64,000 bases of DNA from Fibrobacterota bacterium (GTDB lineage: Bacteria > Fibrobacterota > Chitinivibrionia > Chitinivibrionales > Chitinispirillaceae). Location: NCBI GenBank assembly GCA_023459055.1, contig JAEWVR010000019.1, forward strand, positions 38,480 to 102,479, written 5' to 3'. Within the stretch, counting starts at the first letter, position 1; each line of letters begins with the position of its first letter. The notes under the pieces were generated by a model. That model made no database searches. It was given only the letters and a program-made list of their open reading frames with translations, and was not told the origin of the DNA. This document shows positions 50,155-60,679 of the stretch, piece by piece. Position numbers and translations under genes: made by a program.

Positions 50155-50375
50155 TTGATTGATTTGCCTTTATAAGCAATCAGAACATAATTTAATACTG
50201 CGATACCAAATACTACCAGTCCGCGAATAATTGATACGCCACGGAAAAGATGTATTGCCGGTGCACCAAATTTTTTACCATAAAAAGGACGAAATGCAGT
50301 ACCGAGACTATCCAGCGCCACATAAACTATCCAGAGAAAAACAAGGTATCTGATTCTTTTTGCAGTTCTATCCAT
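50151..50375 (-). CDS. Small membrane protein (74 aa), hypothetical
   Basis: Two predicted TM helices. Its stop overlaps the nifS start. Weak support. Confidence 0.3.
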   Translation of the reverse strand: MDRTAKRIRYLVFLWIVYVALDSLGTAFRPFYGKKFGAPAIHLFRGVSIIRGLVVFGIAVLNYVLIAYKGKSIN

Positions 50376-50682
50376 ATATACTACTCCTGTTCATTCAAGT
50401 TACAGAAGGTGCCTTTCTGGCATGTTCACTTACAAGTCTTTGTATTATATACATATTATAACTTGCAGCGTGATAAGCCCTACCTGTTTCTAATAAAATA
50501 TAACCCGACAATGGAAAGGGAAAGTGTTATCCGTGAATCGTGAACCGTGACACTGCATGGTTCGTTATTACGGAAGTTCTGCCATCGGTACAGTGATGAT
50601 TGAGTGTTTTCTGTTAGTGAACACATTTATATATAATGTAGAAATTTTTAAATGAATAGGTACTCATCACATTGTATATTAT

Positions 50683-51480
50683 TTGAAAAGTAGGTCTTTC
50701 AGCTTTCTGAAATTTCTCATCTCAGTTATTTTCCACGGGAGTACTTTTATGTTAAAAAAACTTTTATCTTTTAGTATTGTTGTACTATCTGTGCTATTTT
50801 TGGGAAGTTGTTCCGATAATAATAACCCAATTCATTCTAATTTCACAAAAGATAATAGTATATCATTGTCGTTAGCTTTACCTGATTGCGATTCGATATC
50901 AAAAGGTGTTGTAACTATATCCAAACCAGGTCTTGATACTATCACCAAGGTACTTACCATTGAAAAAGATCGGGTTTATGGGACTGTTGAAAACATTCCT
51001 TCAGCTCAGAACCTGCATATCGTTATTAGTATTTATGATAAAAATATGACTATTGTTTACAGTGGTGAAACATATGCAGATGTCATCTCAAATAAAGTTA
51101 CCGATGTCGTTATTAAGCTCAGAAAGGTCAAAGGTGCTATTAATGTAATCGGCGTTTTTGATGATGATACAATGGCATATGATATTTCCGGTAATTGGAA
51201 TATTTCACAATCCAATAATCATTCAGGTACAATCGAATTGACACAGACAGGGACATCTATTACAGGGTATTCATACTGGTCAACTCACAGTAACGGTCCA
51301 ATTACAGGTACTATTAAAGGGGATTCTATCAACTTCAAAATTACATATCCCGATGGTATCGGTTATTATTCAGGATTGATCAAAAGTACCGGGGATTATA
51401 TGGATGGCCTTACTACCAGCAGCAGAGTAGGAGATTCAGCGATTTGGGAGTCTAAAAAGATCACCATTCTTCCTCAATAA
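50683..51480 (+). CDS. Hypothetical lipoprotein
   Basis: Signal peptide with lipobox 'FLGSC'. Beta-rich. Confidence 0.45.
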   Translation: MKSRSFSFLKFLISVIFHGSTFMLKKLLSFSIVVLSVLFLGSCSDNNNPIHSNFTKDNSISLSLALPDCDSISKGVVTISKPGLDTITKVLTIEKDRVYGTVENIPSAQNLHIVISIYDKNMTIVYSGETYADVISNKVTDVVIKLRKVKGAINVIGVFDDDTMAYDISGNWNISQSNNHSGTIELTQTGTSITGYSYWSTHSNGPITGTIKGDSINFKITYPDGIGYYSGLIKSTGDYMDGLTTSSRVGDSAIWESKKITILPQ

Positions 51481-51633
51481 ATAAGTACTTCAAAGATTGT
51501 AAAATTTTTCAAGTACTAAAGAATCCATTGTACCCTCCAACATTATACACGATCCTGATTACTTCGGGATCGTGTATACGACGGTTCGATAATTGTTACA
51601 TCAGGGAAATGGCAATTTACGAAAAACAACCAT

Positions 51634-52218
51634 TTACTTAGGTATACTTTTTGGTTTGATAGCATTCTGGTAACTTGATACACCGCCGGATCGTCCATTA
51701 ATCAATAGCATTTTGTAATTGTGAATCTCTTTTTTACTCAATCCATGTTGGATCGATACCCCATACTGCTGTTTTTGACAGACAGAACGCATTGATGTGT
51801 TCTTAATCGATATCGCACTTGCAATTTTGAGTGCCTCAATTGACGGGTGTAGTGAGAATTCATCACCACTAAGGTAGTATTTAGAAATCGATATAGTTTT
51901 TCCAACAAGGGTACGAAAAAGCGTGTCTGTAGAGTAAATTAAAAATGAATCTTTGTGATGAGTTATTCCTTTTTCATAATCGGGATAGTTTGGTCCCTGG
52001 ATTACTTCATAATCAACATTCTTCAGGATGATTTCATATCCGGGCTTTGATGAGCAAACACCCTCTGCTTTTCCCCAAACGGAGCAAAAATCACCCTCAT
52101 AGATAGAACTTACAGTACCAGTAAGATTCTCCAGTTTTATAGGAACCATTGGAGCTGAGTGAACAGAAGCTATAAGTAAACATAAGCAAAAAAACAATAC
52201 TGTTCTTATTGTAATCAT
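51634..52218 (-). CDS. Hypothetical secreted protein
   Basis: Signal peptide 'LLIASVHSA'. Confidence 0.4.
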   Translation of the reverse strand: MITIRTVLFFCLCLLIASVHSAPMVPIKLENLTGTVSSIYEGDFCSVWGKAEGVCSSKPGYEIILKNVDYEVIQGPNYPDYEKGITHHKDSFLIYSTDTLFRTLVGKTISISKYYLSGDEFSLHPSIEALKIASAISIKNTSMRSVCQKQQYGVSIQHGLSKKEIHNYKMLLINGRSGGVSSYQNAIKPKSIPK

Positions 52219-52518
52219 AATTACAGTCCTTTAATATGTGTTTGATACTTTTAGGAATGACCATAGTATTAATGGTAAATATATCTTTTATATATCACGC
52301 CAATCAATCGCTACAGGTTATTCGTGTATTCAGTTGTATCCACTGCATGCGAAAAACAGATAAAAAAGGTTTTTCTGTATAGTAGCATTCTATCATATAT
52401 GAAAGTGAACAGGAAAAAGTATATGTACAGATCAACCAGGTGAATACGTGTTTGTCAAATGTTGATTCGTTCCGTCAGTTCGAAGGAAAATAAACAGCAC
52501 TAAGTGTTTTTTACCGGA

Positions 52519-53268
52519 TTACGTATCTTCTGTCAAATACTTCACAAGCATCGACCGTAACCCGGTCTCCTCAGGAAAGCGCTGATACCGGAAATGTAAC
52601 CTGTCAAGTATCTCGCTTGCGTTTTCGTCAAGGTTTAACAAATAGGTAGGTATATCATCTGTTTCCTGATATTCCGGAGCACATAGTGCATTCTCGGAAA
52701 AGCTCATATATATTCTGCAGGTAAGCGGACGCACCTTGTAAATACTGCACGCACCGTTTTCTGAAAGCAGCGGACAGGTACGGTTCATCTGATAAAAAAC
52801 GGATAATACGAGATCAATATAATCAATAGTACCAGTATCATCGATATCGCTCATTCTGTCAATAGTCAGCTTCTCGATATTATTCAAAATCGCTTCGTCC
52901 TCAATACATTGAGCAACAATCTTTTCAATGCTGTCAGGAAAATATTTCCTAAGATACTCAGCAATAATCGCTGCTTCAAATGAGTTGACATCCTCAACCC
53001 AGTGGTTGCAGCAATATGCACAGCCCCGCTTGCAGCTGACTTTATAATTATTATGCTGTATCACCATCTGCTGATATTGTTCAAACAGCTCAAACACCCT
53101 AAAATAGCTCAGCTTGAAATCGTCAGCAAGACATGACTGCGCATTGCCGTTTTCCATGGACTCCAACGCACGCACAATCCCATTATGTACCGCACGCGCT
53201 TCAGGAGGTATCCTGAGGAGCTCTTTCTGAACAGGGAATTTTTGAATATTATCAGTATCGTTATGCAT
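52519..53268 (-). CDS. YkgJ/UPF0153-like Cys-cluster (putative Fe/Zn-chelating) protein
   Basis: 'CKRGCAYCCNHW' and 'CPLLSENGACSIYKVRPLTCRIY' match the two halves of the YkgJ family Cys motif. Confidence 0.45.
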   Translation of the reverse strand: MHNDTDNIQKFPVQKELLRIPPEARAVHNGIVRALESMENGNAQSCLADDFKLSYFRVFELFEQYQQMVIQHNNYKVSCKRGCAYCCNHWVEDVNSFEAAIIAEYLRKYFPDSIEKIVAQCIEDEAILNNIEKLTIDRMSDIDDTGTIDYIDLVLSVFYQMNRTCPLLSENGACSIYKVRPLTCRIYMSFSENALCAPEYQETDDIPTYLLNLDENASEILDRLHFRYQRFPEETGLRSMLVKYLTEDT

Positions 53269-53271
53269 CTG

Positions 53272-54753
53272 TTAATCCGGCAGTTTGATGATAAGGTCGC
53301 TGTAATGAAGTGTTACTGTTGCATTGATACGTGGCTCGTAATCACTGTCCTTCACACCGTTTATTTCACTTTTTGTAAACACATTGTCAAAAGTCAAAGC
53401 TATATTGACATAATCCCTGAAGTATCCGTTAACGGTCAACCCTATAGTTGCCGTACGAATCTCTGTTGTGACAGCATCTTCATAGGGTAATCCGTGAGTG
53501 TGCTGAAGATCATTCCATTTACTTAATGGTGAATTTTCTCCTTTAATACCATAGCCGCCATGCAGTGATGCAGCCCAGTAATTTTTCCCGATTACTGTAT
53601 AACCTGCATTTATATCAAAACCATCATTCTGCGCAAATCCAAGACTTTTCCCAAGATACGTATATCGTTCACCATTGAGTGTATTTGCATCCGGAACCGT
53701 ATAGAGCCATTTGGAACGGTAATTGTACTCCAGCTTAACCGAATTCTCAAGCTGCAAAGGTACCGGATTGCGCCAGTAAAGCCCCATATCCATCCCCCAG
53801 TGCGCAGGTTCCTTATCAGTAACAACCTCATTGTCAACCTGAAAATCATCCCAGACAACCTGCCCCTTGAACGCGATATTCTCAGTGAACGGTTTGATAT
53901 CCCATTGCACTCCGATCATCAGATTGCCATCACCTTCCATGTTGGTATTGATAACCGAATAAATCGAAAACGGGTTAACGTATGAGAAATCGGGAAATCC
54001 ACCATGACGGGTAAAAAGAAGACTCTCAAAAATGCCAAAAGTCAACCATTTTGCCGGCATGATATTCAACACATGTGCAGTAAAATAACGATTAATTTCA
54101 CCTTGTGCATCCCATTCTGAATGTTTCAACGGGAACGCTGTAAAGAGATGCCTGAATTCAAAAATCCGCGAATAGAGCTGCCACTCAAATGCATCATAGG
54201 TATAAGGAATTGACGAAAGAAAAAGACTGCGGTCTGCAAACGGACCCCAGTTCCGTTCTGTTCTTCCAAGACGAAACATTCCATGTTTCCAGTTTGCCTG
54301 CAAGAATGCCTCTTCAATGCGCCCGCGTACAATGCGGTCCGGATGTGCGGGATAAAATCCATCGTAATCATAGGCCTTATCAACATGCAAGGTTTGACGA
54401 ACAAGAACATTGTGATAAACGATACTATTGAGAAACGCTATTTCCAGAGGAGCTTCATTACCAAGTACAGGATCATTGTAATAACCACCACTTGAAAACT
54501 GTGGTTCAAAGTACCAGTGATTATGGCTCATTTTTACACTATCAGGCCACATTGATTTGTCAAAAAGAGATACACCACTGATACCATCATGAAACATATC
54601 ACTCACTGAACTTTTTTCTGCTGCAAGAGCATCTCTGGCCATAAGATAGTATGGATACCGCCAGTTTGCGTTCTGCACAGTCTCAGCAGCAAGCGTCGCC
54701 ACGACAGACACAATAATAATCATTATTCTTTTCATTACCAGAATCCTGTTCAT
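53272..54753 (-). CDS. Outer-membrane beta-barrel protein, possibly Wzi-like capsule assembly protein
   Basis: Signal peptide. Aromatic-rich alternating pattern. It is adjacent to a polyprenyl-phosphate sugar transferase gene. The family assignment is tentative. Confidence 0.3.
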   Translation of the reverse strand: MNRILVMKRIMIIIVSVVATLAAETVQNANWRYPYYLMARDALAAEKSSVSDMFHDGISGVSLFDKSMWPDSVKMSHNHWYFEPQFSSGGYYNDPVLGNEAPLEIAFLNSIVYHNVLVRQTLHVDKAYDYDGFYPAHPDRIVRGRIEEAFLQANWKHGMFRLGRTERNWGPFADRSLFLSSIPYTYDAFEWQLYSRIFEFRHLFTAFPLKHSEWDAQGEINRYFTAHVLNIMPAKWLTFGIFESLLFTRHGGFPDFSYVNPFSIYSVINTNMEGDGNLMIGVQWDIKPFTENIAFKGQVVWDDFQVDNEVVTDKEPAHWGMDMGLYWRNPVPLQLENSVKLEYNYRSKWLYTVPDANTLNGERYTYLGKSLGFAQNDGFDINAGYTVIGKNYWAASLHGGYGIKGENSPLSKWNDLQHTHGLPYEDAVTTEIRTATIGLTVNGYFRDYVNIALTFDNVFTKSEINGVKDSDYEPRINATVTLHYSDLIIKLPD

Positions 54754-54833
54754 TCAAACAGTTTCAACACTGCCGAATCGATATGGGGTATTAAAACATT
54801 GTCAATAGACGAAAAACCATGGTGCAGGAATAA

Positions 54834-56210
54834 TCAATACGCGCTGTCGCGTTCAAACAGCACCAGTACAGTTTTAATAATAATCTTTACATCTTTCCAG
54901 ATGCTCCAGTGGTCAATATATTTCAGATCAAGCTTAACAATTTCATCAAAGTTTGTGATACGGTTTCTGCCACTGACCTGCCACATACCGGTAATACCCG
55001 GTTTAATGCTTATTCTGCGGTGATGCCACTTCTGATATTTTGATACCTCATCGGGTGTCGGAGGCCTTGTTCCGACAAGTGACATTTCACCTTTGATAAC
55101 ATTGATAAACTGCGGCAGTTCATCAAGACTCAATTTCCGCATGAACTTGCCGATTGTTGTCACACGCGGATCATCCTTCATTTTAAACACCGCACCATCA
55201 CACTGATTGAATTTTGCAAGCTCTTTTTTCTTCGCCTCTGCATCATTACACATTGATCTGAATTTGTAAATAATAAACCGTTTGCCGTTTTTCCCGACAC
55301 GTACCTGCTTAAAAAATACCGGACCGCTGGATGTCAGTTTTATGGCGAGTGCAAGCCAGGGATAAAGAAAAAGAAGAATTCCAACGCCGGCAAAACCACC
55401 TGCAAGATCAAAAATACGCTTAAAGACAAGCTGATCGGGATCAAGTTCCACGGTATGCGAGAGAAGTGTCGGTCTGTCAAGAAACCGGTGATATTCCCAA
55501 CGTGCAAACAATGTCGCACCGGAAATATTCATAAATACACGGGCCGGCCTACCCATCTCTTCACAGATCTGAAGAAACGTATCAATTGAAACCCCATCTT
55601 TTGTCAACTTCCGTGGCACACAGATAAAAACCTCTTCGATGTATGCGGTTTTCAGGTATTCTTCAAACTCAGGCGGCGATATCGAAATATCAAATTTTTC
55701 AACAACACGAAGTCCCCACTCAGGATGACAACTGATCTCCTGGTATACCTGTGACGCTCCCCGTCCCCGCCCGAGAATAAGAATCGGAGTGATATTTTTA
55801 TTATTTCTGCGCAGTTTCCAGATAATCGATTTTATCAGCATCTTTTCAGCTGCGATAAAAACAAATGCAATAACACTGAATATCAGGTACAGGTAACGAC
55901 TGTTATAGCTATCGGGAACCAGGTACATTAACGCAGCACCAAGTATACATGCACTTAAAAAGATCATCACTATCCGCCTGAATAACCGGTCCATCCAGTT
56001 AAAATTCAAAATGGAAAAAAGTTGACGAGTCCAGGCAAAATAGAGATAAAAAATCAGCAATCCTATAAGTATAAACAGATAGTTCGTAATCGGACCAAGT
56101 GGTCGGTACAGGTGTGAGACTGTGTACCCGATATAAAACGCCAGTGCAATCAGTACGCAATCCAGAACAGCAATAGACTGTTTAACAAATGATGAGTGTT
56201 CTTTTAGCAT
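54834..56210 (-). CDS. Exopolysaccharide biosynthesis polyprenyl glycosylphosphotransferase (bacterial sugar transferase, WbaP/WcaJ-like)
   Basis: Five N-terminal TM helices. The C-terminus is 'KLSLDELPQFINVIKGEMSLVGTRPPTPDEV'. Confidence 0.8.
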   Translation of the reverse strand: MLKEHSSFVKQSIAVLDCVLIALAFYIGYTVSHLYRPLGPITNYLFILIGLLIFYLYFAWTRQLFSILNFNWMDRLFRRIVMIFLSACILGAALMYLVPDSYNSRYLYLIFSVIAFVFIAAEKMLIKSIIWKLRRNNKNITPILILGRGRGASQVYQEISCHPEWGLRVVEKFDISISPPEFEEYLKTAYIEEVFICVPRKLTKDGVSIDTFLQICEEMGRPARVFMNISGATLFARWEYHRFLDRPTLLSHTVELDPDQLVFKRIFDLAGGFAGVGILLFLYPWLALAIKLTSSGPVFFKQVRVGKNGKRFIIYKFRSMCNDAEAKKKELAKFNQCDGAVFKMKDDPRVTTIGKFMRKLSLDELPQFINVIKGEMSLVGTRPPTPDEVSKYQKWHHRRISIKPGITGMWQVSGRNRITNFDEIVKLDLKYIDHWSIWKDVKIIIKTVLVLFERDSAY

Positions 56211-56232
56211 ATGTTGAAAAATAACAAATGGG

Positions 56233-56335
56233 CAGGGGGAAAGGAAGGAAAGGAAGATAAGGAAGAGAAGAAGGAAAGGAAGAAGAAGGAAGGTTGAGGT
56301 TGAGGTTGAGGAAGAGGTTTAAGATGAGGCGGAGA
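56233..56335. repeat. GGAAG / GGTTGA purine-rich microsatellite
   Basis: (GGAAG/GGAAAGGAAG)n followed by (GGTTGA)3. It lies between the coaE stop and the sugar-transferase start. ORF 56182-56370 is a translation artefact of this repeat. Confidence 0.8.
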
Positions 56336-56942
56336 TTTTTGCTTCCAATAGTTCCTTTACATGAGTGCATTTGGACTTAAGGTCGTCGATAGAACCATTG
56401 TTTAGTATATCGATCCACATGTAACCATTTGATTTTTTGAATAGTGTTTCCTGTTCGGTAATTCGTTTCTGAAGATCATTCTTTGAAAGTACACCTTGCG
56501 ACCGCTTAAAAAGCCGCTCCAAACGCAACTCTGTCGGAGCATCAACCCAGATAAGCAGATCAAACCAGGGCTCAATCTTCCATAATGGAATCAACGCGGC
56601 ATCAAGAAGGACACATCGAATCGCAGGGGCATAGGATTTAGTCATATGGTGATACAAATGCTGAAGCAACGGCGGATGAACTATGGTATTAAGCTTTTTA
56701 AGTGCAACGGGTGAGTTAAAAACAATTGATCCGAGCAAGGTAAAATCGATAGATTGATCAGGGCAAACATTTTCACCAAATGTTTTTTTTAATTCCAGTT
56801 TGATCTCTGTACTTTCAAGCATCAGTGATTTTGCAATTTGATCTGCATCTAAGCTTAGTAAGGATGGTAATTCAAGCAACTTTATACAGGATGATTTTCC
56901 GGAACCCATATATCCTGCAATACCGATTTTCAGAGGTGACAT
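56319..56942 (-). CDS. coaE: Dephospho-CoA kinase
   Basis: 'IGIAGYMGSGKSS' P-loop, and the length is typical. Confidence 0.75.
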   Translation of the reverse strand: MSPLKIGIAGYMGSGKSSCIKLLELPSLLSLDADQIAKSLMLESTEIKLELKKTFGENVCPDQSIDFTLLGSIVFNSPVALKKLNTIVHPPLLQHLYHHMTKSYAPAIRCVLLDAALIPLWKIEPWFDLLIWVDAPTELRLERLFKRSQGVLSKNDLQKRITEQETLFKKSNGYMWIDILNNGSIDDLKSKCTHVKELLEAKISASS

Positions 56943-58147
56943 CAGGTCTCGCTTATTGAGAATTTCTTAACAATTCTGATTCTGTTGCCCCGCTCATTAA
57001 AGTCTATTTCATCAACATAGTGACGGACAATGAACAATCCGCGTCCACAATCCCTTTCGAGATTTTCAGGAAGTGTCGGATCCGGCAACGCATTCGGATC
57101 ATACCCCGGCCCCTCATCCATGATTGCAATCTCAGCCTTTACACGTGAGATTACATGACCGATGGTGACTTTTTTGGTATAATCACGCTTATGACCATGT
57201 AATATCGCATTTACTATTAGTTCTGTCAATGTAATTTTCATTTTCCGGATTGCTTCATCAGGGTACCCGTAAACATCAAGCGTACTCAGAATGACACCGA
57301 TCGCACTATCCATCTCCTCAAAGTAACTTATAAACTGAAGATACACAGGGTCACCGGTATCAAAGCCAAGCTGTTCCTTGATCTGGTTCTTTCTTGACTG
57401 AGTAAGAACTTCAATTGCCACCGCGGTAACATCATCCCGCACTGCCTCCTGTTCGACACATTTCGAGTATTTTTCTCTTAATGAATCCAGTAATTTATTA
57501 TGTGTTCCATTGTTTAATTCATCAAGTGCATGTTTCTCAAACATTTTTCGTGCAATCTGGACATTATCGGCATAGAGTTGGTAAATGCCGTCGGTAAACA
57601 TCAAAAGACAATCACCCGGACTAAGATAGATACTCTGTTCATCGTAGAAACCATTTTCAAAAACACCGATAAACGTCCCTGTTCCTTTCAACGGAATAAG
57701 CGTAGCATCCTTTTTGCGATAAACGACAGGATAAATATGCCCTGCATTTCCATAGGTCAGTTTATTATCATGAAGATCAAGGTAGCCTAAAAATGCGGTG
57801 AAATGAAATTCAGCCGGAACATCACGGATTATTTCCATATTCACCCGCTCAAGGACAGCCCGTGGCGACTGGATGTTGCGGATATGTTTGGAAAAGCAGA
57901 CCTTTGCCATAGCAGAGATCAGCGTTGATGTAACCCCATACCCGCTTACATCATAGATAAGAAAGGCAAGAATATCTTTGGAGATGTGAATAATATCAAA
58001 AAGATCACCACCAAGTGCGTTGCATGGCATAAACATGGAGTCGATATCCAGCCCATCAATAGCAGGAATAGTATGAGGAACCATAGCAAGCTGGATCTTC
58101 CTCGCTACGCTGAGATCTTTGTCATTTTCAGTCAAACTATTTTCCAT
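56942..58147 (-). CDS. Fusion of PP2C-type (SpoIIE/RsbU-like) phosphatase and HATPase_c anti-sigma-factor-type kinase
   Basis: 'NALGGDLFDII...YDVSGYG' is PP2C-like. The C-terminal 'NAILHGHK...GRGLFIVRHYVDEI' is RsbW-like. Confidence 0.65.
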   Translation of the reverse strand: MENSLTENDKDLSVARKIQLAMVPHTIPAIDGLDIDSMFMPCNALGGDLFDIIHISKDILAFLIYDVSGYGVTSTLISAMAKVCFSKHIRNIQSPRAVLERVNMEIIRDVPAEFHFTAFLGYLDLHDNKLTYGNAGHIYPVVYRKKDATLIPLKGTGTFIGVFENGFYDEQSIYLSPGDCLLMFTDGIYQLYADNVQIARKMFEKHALDELNNGTHNKLLDSLREKYSKCVEQEAVRDDVTAVAIEVLTQSRKNQIKEQLGFDTGDPVYLQFISYFEEMDSAIGVILSTLDVYGYPDEAIRKMKITLTELIVNAILHGHKRDYTKKVTIGHVISRVKAEIAIMDEGPGYDPNALPDPTLPENLERDCGRGLFIVRHYVDEIDFNERGNRIRIVKKFSISET

Positions 58148-58468
58148 TCAAACAAATAACTTCTAAACAGGAAGTGTGCCCTGCACTAACAGCTGTGTAT
58201 CTATACTATTGTATCTTAATAACTAAAAAAGTCGATAGTAATTCGTATGATGGACGGAGGTGCCGGTTGATAGCGGGAATTGGAGTATAACGTGAAGCGT
58301 TTCTCACGCGGAGACGCGGAGCGCGCGGAGTTTAAGAATGAAGACTGTAAAAAATCCGGGTAAACCCTCTTGAATTTCTGCTGCTAAAAACTATATTACA
58401 GTTAATTCCGCATGAATCTGGATGTGAAGATTCTGCAAATTGATTAAAAAAATACCGTTTTATGCAAA

Positions 58469-59020
58469 ATGATGAGGAGTCCGCGTATGTTGGCAAAACT
58501 TCGCTCTATGGCAGTTCTGGGAATTGATGCATTCGAAATTACAATTGAATCGGATCTTACTGAAATGATCCCGAGTTTTACGATTGTCGGTCTGCCCGAC
58601 GGAGCGGTTCGTGAGTCAAAGGAACGGGTGCTGTCCGCAATGAAAAACTGTGGCTATGAGTTCCCGCTTGGTAAAATCACGATCAATATGGCACCCGCCG
58701 ATATGAAAAAAGAGGGATCTGCATTCGACCTGCCAATTGCTATCGGTATTCTCATGACATCCGGTCAGGTTTCTATTAAATCAATCGACCTTTACACAAT
58801 CATTGGCGAACTGTCTCTTGATGGTTCCGTAAAAAAAGTAAAAGGGGCACTCTCGATGGCGATCAGGGCACGGGAGATGGGAATTAAAAAGATGCTCGTC
58901 CCGCGGGAGAATGCAATGGAAGCCTCTGTAGCTGACGGTGTTGATATCTATCCAGTCGACAACTTGTCAGACGCGATCTCATTTCTACAGTGCTTGCCCA
59001 TTATTGCTCCTATGTTGTAA
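58469..59020 (+). pseudogene. comM: comM/yifB N-terminal (Lon-like) domain only; the AAA+ Mg-chelatase-like domain is missing (truncated gene?)
   Basis: 'MAVLGIDAFEITIESDLTEMIPSFTIVGLPDGAVRESKERV' is the YifB N-terminal domain. The ORF stops after 183 aa where ComM normally continues into an AAA+ module. rhs cassettes follow immediately. Confidence 0.5.
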
Positions 59021-59114
59021 TTTGTATCGTAGCGTAGGAGTAATATGTTTTACCGGGTCTAGAAAAAATCGTGGGTTGGTCGAGCGTTTACGTTGCTCTG
59101 GTGCAACTCATCAC

Positions 59115-59651
59115 TTACAGTTTAATATACTTTTTATACCGATTGATATAATTTGTACTAAATTCTATAGTCGTTATATCCTTAATTTTAAGCTCAAACA
59201 CTTTTTTAACCCATTTACCAGTTCCATCAAAGTGCCTCATTTTTATGGTCTCGCCATTTACATCTAATAAAGAGCCAATAAGAAATTGTTCGATTTTTGG
59301 TCCTTCTATTTGGACATTAACAATCACACATTTATCTTTAAGATCAGATAGCACAGTATACATGTCATGCATATCAATTTTACAAGGCACTCTTATTTTA
59401 TTTATATCTCCATCATTTTTCAGTATCTTTTCCTGAAATTTGATAGTTTCATTAGTTTCTACTTTTATAATATCCTCCATACGGATTATTTTAAAACCGT
59501 CAAGGTAAAAGTCATATTTTTTTAAAATTAGTACAAGATTTTTACTATAGCCAAAAACAAATCCATATAAAATATTCTCATCTATTTTTCCATTTCGTTG
59601 AATAGAAATTAGCGAATAGTTAGTATGGTAACGTTTTAATCGAATAGCCAT
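59115..59651 (-). CDS. Putative immunity protein for the downstream-most orphan rhs toxin tip
   Basis: Position immediately 3' of the rhs-CT fragment (59737-60156). No TM. Inferred from the cassette architecture only. Confidence 0.4.
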   Translation of the reverse strand: MAIRLKRYHTNYSLISIQRNGKIDENILYGFVFGYSKNLVLILKKYDFYLDGFKIIRMEDIIKVETNETIKFQEKILKNDGDINKIRVPCKIDMHDMYTVLSDLKDKCVIVNVQIEGPKIEQFLIGSLLDVNGETIKMRHFDGTGKWVKKVFELKIKDITTIEFSTNYINRYKKYIKL

Positions 59652-59736
59652 ATTTCATTGCCTTTTTTTAAATTATAAATTATATACAAATATACATCAA
59701 CCTGACAGACGTTTTCATTGTCAATATGTTGTTTTA

Positions 59737-60156
59737 TCAATAAGGTCTTCTTGCATCGCCTTTCTCTCCCCTTTTATCTTTCTTTTTCCTGGCTTGACCC
59801 TTTTGATGTTTTTCCTCTGTACTTGGTCTTGCATTCTTAGTATGCTCGCCTTCTTGTTTGATTGCCTCATCGTCAGCTAACTTACAAATATCAGCAATTT
59901 TGTCACCAATTATTGCACCAACTATTATACCAATTCCAGCCTCTATCGCTTTTTCACCTATTACTAAAGGAATGAGAATGACAATTGCAAGTTTGCCCTC
60001 TGGATCCATAAAATTGACAGGATCACTATTTACATACCGGTATAAATTCGCATCCCCACCCTCAAACCCTATTGGGTCTTTACTTGTCCACCGCCCTGCA
60101 AAAGCATCATAATCACGTACGCCAAATCGTACAAAACCTGTTTCTGAATCATACAA
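59737..60156 (-). CDS. Orphan rhs C-terminal fragment: conserved YD/RHS core end + short variable toxin tip
   Basis: '[53 protein letters not shown]' is the RHS core end with its DPxG boundary. A variable tip of about 60 aa follows. Confidence 0.7.
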   Translation of the reverse strand: MYDSETGFVRFGVRDYDAFAGRWTSKDPIGFEGGDANLYRYVNSDPVNFMDPEGKLAIVILIPLVIGEKAIEAGIGIIVGAIIGDKIADICKLADDEAIKQEGEHTKNARPSTEEKHQKGQARKKKDKRGEKGDARRPY

Positions 60157-60214
60157 CCCTCCGGCGAATCCAAAGGGGGTAAATCGTTTGTTGGGATTTT
60201 TTTGGAGTATATTT

Positions 60215-60679
60215 CTAAGGATGATCTACTGTCAACGAATATTTATTAATCATAGTGATGGATTTTGATCGTGCCTGAGCAGCAGAGTTTTTCTTCCCTT
60301 TACACCAGCAAAAATAAAACTGTAATTGATATGCAATTGAAGACAAAATGCCTGCAAGCGCATTATCTCTTCCAATTTCCTTCTTTTTAATTAAAAAATC
60401 TCCAGTCGCAACTTTAATATACGGTTCACAATTTTTATTAAAAGGTTCGAAAAAAATTGAGTAACATAAATCTCCATCTTTTGCATAGATTTTTTCTTCA
60501 GGATACAAATAGATGGGCACACGAATCGGAAAAACATAATACATCCTCAACCACTTTGCAAATCTCAGCACAGCCAAAGCAACTTCAGGATCCACTTTAT
60601 TGGTTCTGATTCTAAGACCAGTTCGTTTAGTTTTTTGCATTAACACCCCATTTAGATCATTTGTATTTTCTATGGTCAC
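60215..60679 (-). CDS. Putative immunity protein for the upstream rhs toxin tip
   Basis: Wedged between two rhs-CT units and overlaps the upstream one by 23 bp. Inferred from architecture. Confidence 0.4.
   Translation of the reverse strand: MTIENTNDLNGVLMQKTKRTGLRIRTNKVDPEVALAVLRFAKWLRMYYVFPIRVPIYLYPEEKIYAKDGDLCYSIFFEPFNKNCEPYIKVATGDFLIKKKEIGRDNALAGILSSIAYQLQFYFCWCKGKKNSAAQARSKSITMINKYSLTVDHP

Noticed and set aside
56182-56370. 62-aa ORF 'LNLFLNLNLNLPSSSFPSSLPYLPFLPF'
   Set aside because: It is a translation of the GGAAG/GGTTGA microsatellite on the opposite strand, with low-complexity composition.
58938-59267. 109-aa + strand ORF after comM
   Set aside because: It overlaps the better-supported minus-strand 178-aa ORF and has no motifs. 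It is likely spurious.
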